DNA of 29,974 bases from an uncultured Deinococcales bacterium (lineage in GTDB: Bacteria > Deinococcota > Deinococci > Deinococcales > JAAFIG01): NCBI GenBank assembly GCA_964244895.1, contig CAXTKV010000032.1, forward strand, positions 4,173-34,146, written 5' to 3'. The translations under genes were made by a program, and so were the position numbers. Below the pieces are notes generated by a model. That model searched no databases. It had not been told where the DNA came from and saw only the letters and a list, made by a program, of their open reading frames with translations. Shown here piece by piece: positions 24,212 to 29,974 of the stretch; position 1 is the stretch's first letter; each line of letters begins with the position of its first letter.

Positions 24212-25084
24212 CTAACCCCGCCCCTCGAGCGCCCGGCTCGCGGAGCGCGTCAGGCGGTAGTACCCGAGCAGCACCCCACACGAGATCAGGCTCAGGATCG
24301 TGCCCATCGCGCCGACCAGGCCCCAGCGGTTCTGCTCGAAGGCGAAGCGGTACATCTGCACGCTGTACGGCAGCGGGTAGATCGGGCCGATCAGGTTCGG
24401 GATGGCGAACGAACCCGTCGAGGTCACGAAGGCCAGCAGCGTCGCCGCCGTGATGCCGGGCAGCGCCAGCGGCACCTGAACGCGCCAGAAGACCGTCCAG
24501 GGGTTGGCCCCGAGCGTGCGTGCGGCGGCCAGAACCTCGCGCGGCACGCTCGCCATCGAGCCGCCGATCACGAGCGTCATGAAGGGAATCGTCTTCCAGG
24601 CCATCGCCAGGAGCGTGCCAATCGCGGCCCGGTCGCGCACCAGTCGCGGGAAGGGCAGGCCCACGGCCTCCGCCGCTCGGGGCAGGATGCCGCCCCGGTC
24701 CACCAGCGTCAGCACCAGAAAGGCCGCCACGATGCTCGGTACGACCAGCGGCACGCGGCTGATCGCGCCGAAGACGCGCTTGCCGGGGAAGGTGCGGCCC
24801 AAGAGGGCCGTCAGCGGCAGGCTGACGGCGAGGCTCAGGAACGTCGAGGCGAACGAGAGGTAGAGCGTGAACAGGAGCGAATCGCGGAACTCGCGGTCGC
24901 CCGCGAGCGCCCCGTAGTACTCGAGCGTGAAGCGCCCGCCCTCGCCCAGCCCGACGCTGCCGAGGAGCGCCAGGGCCAGCGGCAGGCCGAAGAACACGAG
25001 CAGGTAGCCGACGCCTGGCGACAGCAGCAGGAACGCCAGCCAGCCGCGCGACGCGGCCCTCGGGCGGATTCGGGCGAACGTCAC
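24212..25084 (-). CDS. ABC transporter permease (PotB-like)
   Basis: FTLEYY, VPLVVPSIVAA, EVLAAARTLGANPWTVFWRVQVPLALPG. Confidence 0.92.
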   Translation of the reverse strand: MTFARIRPRAASRGWLAFLLLSPGVGYLLVFFGLPLALALLGSVGLGEGGRFTLEYYGALAGDREFRDSLLFTLYLSFASTFLSLAVSLPLTALLGRTFPGKRVFGAISRVPLVVPSIVAAFLVLTLVDRGGILPRAAEAVGLPFPRLVRDRAAIGTLLAMAWKTIPFMTLVIGGSMASVPREVLAAARTLGANPWTVFWRVQVPLALPGITAATLLAFVTSTGSFAIPNLIGPIYPLPYSVQMYRFAFEQNRWGLVGAMGTILSLISCGVLLGYYRLTRSASRALEGRG

Positions 25085-26163
25085 GCGACCACCGGCGAGG
25101 CGGGACTCGGGACGGGATTTTCCCCGTCCGCTCGAGGTTCAAGATCATCGTCCAGAACGGCGTGCGGATCGTTCGGCAGGTGCGGCTCGACCCGAGCGCC
25201 CAAGGCCAGCAGCCCGACCGCGCTGCCGGATTGCTGCGCGCGGATCAGGTGCGTCCCCAGCCGCACCAGGAATTCCACGCGGTCGCCCAGAAAGGTCGCC
25301 CCCTCGACCTCGCCGCGCCCGTCCGGGCGGGCCTCGAGCCGCACGTCCTCGGGTCGCACCGAGAGCAGCACGGGGCCGCGCAGGTCTCGAGGGTTGGGGA
25401 CGGCCTCGCTCCACGGCAGGCGCAGCGCGCCCGGCTCGGCGATGGCGGGGATCAGGTTGGTGTTGCCCAGGAACTCGGCGGTGAAGCGGTGGCGCGGCGC
25501 GCGGTACAGCTCGACCGGCGTGCCCTCCTCGACCACGCGGCCTGCGCGCATGACGACGATCCGATCCGAGAGCGCCATCGCCTCGGCCTGGTCGTGGGTG
25601 ACGTAGACGCTGGTCGTGCCGACGCGCCGCTGGAGGGCGCGCAGCTCGTCGCGCAGCCCCTCGCGCAGCCGGGCGTCGAGGTTGGAGAGGGGTTCGTCCA
25701 GCAGCAGCAAACTGGGTTCGATCACGACGGCGCGGGCGAGCGCCACGCGCTGCTGCTGGCCGCCCGACAGCGCGCGCGGGTAACGGCTCGCCATCGCCTC
25801 GAGTCCGACCAGCTCGAGCGCGCCGCGCACGCGCCGCTCGAGCTCACTGTTCGGGACGCGGCGCATCCGCAGCCCGAAGGCGACGTTGTCGCGCACGCGC
25901 ATGTGCGGGAAAAGCGCGTACGACTGGAAAACCATGCCCAGATTGCGCTTCTCGGCGGGCAAGAGGTCGAGGCGCGCGCCCGCCACGCGCACCTCGCCCG
26001 CGTCCGGCTCGATCGTTCCGGCGATCACGCCCAGGAGCGTGCTCTTGCCGCAGCCCGACGGCCCCAAGAGCGTCACGAACTCGCCCTCGCCCGCCCGCAG
26101 GTTGACGCCGCCCAGCGCCACGACCGCGCCGTAGCGTTTGCTGGCTCCCTCGACCTCGAGCAT
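25081..26163 (-). CDS. ABC transporter ATP-binding protein (PotA/MalK-like with TOBE domain)
   Basis: GPSGCGKST, VFQSYALFPH, LSGGQQQRVALARA, LLLDEPLSNLD, VTHDQ. Confidence 0.96.
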   Translation of the reverse strand: MLEVEGASKRYGAVVALGGVNLRAGEGEFVTLLGPSGCGKSTLLGVIAGTIEPDAGEVRVAGARLDLLPAEKRNLGMVFQSYALFPHMRVRDNVAFGLRMRRVPNSELERRVRGALELVGLEAMASRYPRALSGGQQQRVALARAVVIEPSLLLLDEPLSNLDARLREGLRDELRALQRRVGTTSVYVTHDQAEAMALSDRIVVMRAGRVVEEGTPVELYRAPRHRFTAEFLGNTNLIPAIAEPGALRLPWSEAVPNPRDLRGPVLLSVRPEDVRLEARPDGRGEVEGATFLGDRVEFLVRLGTHLIRAQQSGSAVGLLALGARVEPHLPNDPHAVLDDDLEPRADGENPVPSPASPVVA

Positions 26164-26167
26164 CGCG

Positions 26168-27418
26168 CTAGTTCTGGAGCAGCTCGGTCACGAAGCGGCT
26201 CACCGCCGCGTCGCTGATCGTGTCCGGGATGCGAGCCCGGTTGAGCGCCGGGTACTGATCGGCGGGCAGCAGGCGCGCGAAGTTCTCGGGCTTGAGGGCC
26301 TTGCTCGCGTCCAGCTTGGTGCGTGCCGAGCGCGAACCGTTCAGCTCGAGCTTCATCAGTTGCGCCTCGTCGGACATCAGGAAGTCCGCGAACAGCAGTG
26401 CGCCCGCCAGCTTCTGCGTGCCGCTGGTGACGATCACGCCGTCGCCGTCGCCGACCTGACCGCTTTTCAGCAATCGGAACTTGACCGTGGCGGGCAGCAG
26501 GCCGCGCCCGATGAAGTCGTAGGACTGGTCCTCCCAGATCGTGCCGATGTAGGCCGCGCCGTTGGCGAGCAGGTTGAGCGTGTCCGTGTTGCCGTTGGTG
26601 ATCTCCACGACGGGCTTGAGCTGCTTGAAGTACTCCAGCACCGGCCCCATGCAATCGGCGGCCCATTTCTTCGCGGCGTCCGCGCTCACGCCCACGTCGT
26701 CTAACGGATCGCGGCAGGCCGCGCCCTGCGCGAAGTTCAGGATCGCGCTCTCGAGGAAACCGCTGCCGGAGCCGCCCTTGGCGGGACTCGTCATGGCGAA
26801 GCGACCCGGATTCTTCTTGGCGAACTCGAGGATTTCGGCGAAGGTGCTGGGTTCGGTTCCGGCCTGAAAGAAGCGCGTATTGTAACCGATGGCCGTCTGG
26901 TTGCGGTGGAAGGGCAGGATCACGCCGCCGTGCTTGTAGCCCCTCGAGATCGTGGCGGCGCGAGGGTTGAGGTCCTGCGCGCTTGGCAGCATCGTGGTCA
27001 GCGGCAGGTTGGCGATTACGCCGCCGTCGTTGGCGAGCTTCGCGCTGCCGTTGGGCATGAAGAAGACGTCGGCGGGCATCGGCTGGTTGGCCTTTTTGGC
27101 GGCGATCAGTTGCTGAATCGCGGTATCGCTGCTGACGCGCAGGTACTTGACTTCTACACCGAATTTCTTGGCGTACATCGGGATCAGGTTGTCGCGGAAC
27201 AGCGGCGTGAACGACTCGGTGAAGTCGTAAAAGGTGATCGCGCCTTGTTTCTTGGCGAGCGGCACGACCCGCTCCACGAAGTTCTGCGGTGTGAGCGTTT
27301 TGAGATCCAATTCGCCCGCGTTGACGTTGAACTGCTCCGAGCCCACCGGGCTGACCGCGAGCGCCGCGGACAACCCCACGACCAGCGCCCCAAAAAGCGC
27401 GACGTACCGTGCTTTCAT
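26168..27418 (-). CDS. ABC transporter substrate-binding protein (PotD/AfuA/YnjB-like class), 416 aa
   Basis: ATG at 27418 after GGAGG; signal peptide; first gene of the ABC operon; SPAKGGSGSGF and KLAGALLFADFLMSDEAQ. Confidence 0.88.
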   Translation of the reverse strand: MKARYVALFGALVVGLSAALAVSPVGSEQFNVNAGELDLKTLTPQNFVERVVPLAKKQGAITFYDFTESFTPLFRDNLIPMYAKKFGVEVKYLRVSSDTAIQQLIAAKKANQPMPADVFFMPNGSAKLANDGGVIANLPLTTMLPSAQDLNPRAATISRGYKHGGVILPFHRNQTAIGYNTRFFQAGTEPSTFAEILEFAKKNPGRFAMTSPAKGGSGSGFLESAILNFAQGAACRDPLDDVGVSADAAKKWAADCMGPVLEYFKQLKPVVEITNGNTDTLNLLANGAAYIGTIWEDQSYDFIGRGLLPATVKFRLLKSGQVGDGDGVIVTSGTQKLAGALLFADFLMSDEAQLMKLELNGSRSARTKLDASKALKPENFARLLPADQYPALNRARIPDTISDAAVSRFVTELLQN

Positions 27419-27534
27419 TTTTCCCACCTCCAAGCGGACGTTAAGGGCGAAGTGTCATCCGTTCTTCAATCACGGCGCGATGACATCCGCCGAATGCGGC
27501 CCGAGCTCGAGCCTGTCCGACCTCGAGCTTTCTC

Positions 27535-27551
27535 GCGTGCTGGACGGTGTC
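27535..27551. repeat. REP-like half element
   Basis: GCGTGCTGGACGGTGT is the exact reverse complement of ACACCGTCCAGCACGC at 29395-29410. Confidence 0.65.
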
Positions 27552-27915
27552 GCCCTTGAGCGGCTCCCAGCGTTACGCCTGACGCGTTCGTGGCGCATCC
27601 GCGAAGCCAGGGCTTCGAGCGAGCGTCGGCAGATGAACCAGTGGGACTGATCGAACTCGAGGCTTCGAGCACGGCGATCATCCGACAGCGCGAGCCGAGA
27701 CGCGGCCCGGATGACGTTCGACTGACCCGCGCAGATTTTGATGGAGCAGCCCATGATTCAGATTCACAGCGATCTCGAGCACTGGAGTCCGCTCGCTGCC
27801 GACCAGATCCATAAGGCCACCTCCACCACGGGCTGAACGTGATTCGGCTGCGTCAGCCTCGAGCGAAATCCCGCATGATCCCGACCCTCGCCCTCGAGAC
27901 CGAAGGAGGCAGAAC

Positions 27916-29268
27916 ATGAAGCGTATCGCGGCATCCCTGATCGCGCTCGGCTTGCTCATCAGCGCCGGAACGCGCGCGCAGAACCAGATCCAACTGACCA
28001 TCGCGGGCGTGGGCGGCAACGACCTCAAGTGGCTCAACGAGAGCGTCATCCCCGCCTTCGAGGCGCGCATGAAATCGCAGGGCAAGAGCGTCAGCGTCAA
28101 GGCGATCGAGTTCACCGGCAAGGCCGAGGACCTCAAGCAGCAGTACGCGCTCGACCTTCAGGTGGGGCGCGGCGCGGACGTGATGGCCTTCGACGGCTTC
28201 TGGGTCCCCGAGTTCGTGGCCTCCAACCTGCTCAAACCGCTCGACCAGGTGGCCGGGCCGGAGGTCAACGCCTGGGAGGGCTGGAAGCAGATCCCCGCCG
28301 GGCTGCGCGAGATCCTGGGCTTCAAGGGCAAGGTTTACGGTGTGGGCAACGGCACGGACGTCCGCATGATCTTCTACCGCAAGGACCTCTTTCAGAAGGC
28401 GGGCATCAAGCTGCCGTGGCAACCCACGAGCTGGAACGACCTGTTGACCACCGCGCGCCAGCTCAAGAAGGCCCTGCCGGACGTGACGCCGTTGCAACTC
28501 AACGCCGGAACCGCGATGGGCGAGGCCACAACCCTTCAGGGCTGGTACATGGCCCTCCTCGGAACCGGCATCCGGCCCTACGACGAGGACAAGGACAAGT
28601 GGGTCACGAAGCACCAGGGCATCCTGGACACCCTGAACCTCTACAAGACCGTCTATGTGGACGAGAAGCTCGGCGACGCGCGCTTGCAACTGATCCAGGG
28701 CGGGCGCGAGCGCGGCTTCGAGGCCTTCCGCGACGCGAAGATGGCGATGCTGGTCGAGGGCGATTACTTCTGGCGCTCGATCCTGCTGCCCAAGGGTGGG
28801 GACTTCCCGCTCGAGAACCGCGACGCGCTGGCGGGCTGGGCCAAGATGCCCGCGCAGGCTCCCGGCAAGGGCGTGGGCGGGCAAAGCTTCGTTTCCGCTT
28901 CGGGCGGCACGGGCTTCGTGCTGAACCCGAACACGAAGGCCCCGAAGGAAGCCTGGGAACTGATGTCGTTCATCGGCAGCAAGGAGATGCAGACCGAGTT
29001 CCAGAAGATCCTGCCGCGCATCCGCGCGCGCCAGGACGTGCCGATTACCCAAGACCCGATCATGACGGAGATGGCGAAGACGCTCTTGCCGCTGACGGTG
29101 ATCCGCCCCAAGCTCGCCGCGTACCCGAAGGTCAGCAGCGAGATTCAGCTGATGACCGAGCGCGTCGTCAGCGGCCAGGCCAGCCCGATGGACGCCATGA
29201 ACGCCTACGCGGAGGCCGTCAAGAAGATCGTCGGCGCGGAGAACGTGCTCGAGCAAGCCGTCAAGTGA
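27916..29268 (+). CDS. Carbohydrate (CUT1) ABC transporter substrate-binding protein
   Basis: AGGAGG SD; signal peptide; GKVYGV..DVRMIFYRKDLFQKAGI..PTSWNDL; KEAWELMSF. Confidence 0.93.
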   Translation: MKRIAASLIALGLLISAGTRAQNQIQLTIAGVGGNDLKWLNESVIPAFEARMKSQGKSVSVKAIEFTGKAEDLKQQYALDLQVGRGADVMAFDGFWVPEFVASNLLKPLDQVAGPEVNAWEGWKQIPAGLREILGFKGKVYGVGNGTDVRMIFYRKDLFQKAGIKLPWQPTSWNDLLTTARQLKKALPDVTPLQLNAGTAMGEATTLQGWYMALLGTGIRPYDEDKDKWVTKHQGILDTLNLYKTVYVDEKLGDARLQLIQGGRERGFEAFRDAKMAMLVEGDYFWRSILLPKGGDFPLENRDALAGWAKMPAQAPGKGVGGQSFVSASGGTGFVLNPNTKAPKEAWELMSFIGSKEMQTEFQKILPRIRARQDVPITQDPIMTEMAKTLLPLTVIRPKLAAYPKVSSEIQLMTERVVSGQASPMDAMNAYAEAVKKIVGAENVLEQAVK

Positions 29269-29389
29269 CGAGAACATCCGGGTGGTCGGGGGTGGCCGCG
29301 TCGCGGCTGCCCTCGCGCCCGTCTTCTCGAGCGCGAGAGTGAGGCTGAGGCCGATGCGGACAGACATCCAAAGCTTGAGCTTGAGTTCT

Positions 29390-29443
29390 CGAGAACACCG
29401 TCCAGCACGCATATTCGTGTTTGCGTTTGGGACGGTGTTCTCG
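29390..29443. repeat. REP-like palindromic element, best-preserved copy
   Basis: CGAGAACACCGTCC-agc-ACGCA...TGCGT-ttg-GGACGGTGTTCTCG: 14-bp perfect outer stem between the binding-protein and permease genes. Confidence 0.8.
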
Positions 29444-29465
29444 CGTTTCATCTCCGAGGCGCACC

Positions 29466-29974
29466 GTGCGTGAGGCCGTGATTTCGACCAGGGCTGGCCT
29501 CGCCATGTTGTTGCCCGCGCTCGCGCTGCTGGGCGTGTTCTTGTTCCTGCCCTTCGTCTGGGTGCTCGTGGTGAGCTTCACCAACCAGACGCTCCTCGGC
29601 CCGAACGCGGTCAACCCCGGCTTCGTGGGCCTCGAGAATTACGCGCGGGCGCTCAACTTCGCGGACTGGTTCCGGCCCGGCGAGTTCGGGCACGCGCTCG
29701 TCGTCACGGGGTTGTTCACGCTCGGCTCGGGGCTGGGCCAGATCGCGCTCGGCTTCGCGGTGGCGCTCGCGTTCCACGGGCGGCGCGGCTCGGCCAGGGA
29801 ACTCGTCTTCGGATTGGCGACGGTCTGCTGGATTCTGCCGGAGGTTCCCATCGTCTTCGGCTGGGTCTCGTTCCTCGACCGGGACTTCGGGACGCTGAAC
29901 GCGATCCTCGGCGCGCTCGGGCTGGGGCGACCCGACTGGGTGCTCGAGCGACCGCTTTTTTCGATCATCCTCTT
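29466..29974 (+). CDS. Sugar ABC transporter permease (MalF/UgpA-like), runs off right edge; absent from the ORF track
   Basis: Manual translation: ...MLLPALALLGVFLFLPFVWVLVVSFTN...FVGLENYARAL...WILPEV...FGTLNAILGALG; start GTG 29466 or ATG 29505. Confidence 0.9.
   Translation, partial: MREAVISTRAGLAMLLPALALLGVFLFLPFVWVLVVSFTNQTLLGPNAVNPGFVGLENYARALNFADWFRPGEFGHALVVTGLFTLGSGLGQIALGFAVALAFHGRRGSARELVFGLATVCWILPEVPIVFGWVSFLDRDFGTLNAILGALGLGRPDWVLERPLFSIIL

Noticed and set aside
27556..27570. LacI-like operator (TTGAGCGGCTCCCA) between the divergent ABC operons
   Set aside because: Imperfect single site and no LacI gene in the window; too weak to call.
27590..27814. 74-aa ORF in the gap between the ABC operons
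   Set aside because: No SD or recognisable motif; likely spurious.

Overview
GC-rich bacterial DNA, most likely Deinococcota (inferred from a -10 box placed directly before an ATG, Deinococcus/Meiothermus-style 'LxAC-PQP' lipoproteins and pervasive CTCGAG; not proven). Positions 1..~22100 look like an accessory island. It opens with a phage-satellite/ICE-type replication module on the minus strand (membrane ORF, HTH_17 excisionase, TOPRIM primase, RepA/AAA_25 helicase running off the left edge) preceded by paired inverted repeats, then an intact AbrB-VapC toxin-antitoxin pair. About 16 kb of cargo follows: seven predicted lipoproteins (one a peptidase pseudogene), an orphan XRE HTH, a cupin, two CPBP proteases flanking an ATPase-TPR-LuxR regulator, then a decayed second copy of the same TA pair and a stand-alone AAA ATPase. 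Positions ~22390..29974 look like host metabolism: a PotABCD-like ABC operon ending in a glycerophosphodiester phosphodiesterase, divergent from a sugar ABC operon. Best non-obvious signals: (1) a C_CCT_TTC heptamer whose -1 frame joins primase to helicase; (2) a shared 18-bp box plus 20 nt plus -10 architecture before both CPBP genes, suggesting a LuxR mini-regulon; (3) a dispersed REP-like palindrome family (GAACACCGTCCAGCACG); (4) HIP-like over-representation of CTCGAG; (5) a duplicated promoter and signal-peptide module on two propeller lipoproteins. No tRNA, rRNA, CRISPR array, integrase or transposase was seen.
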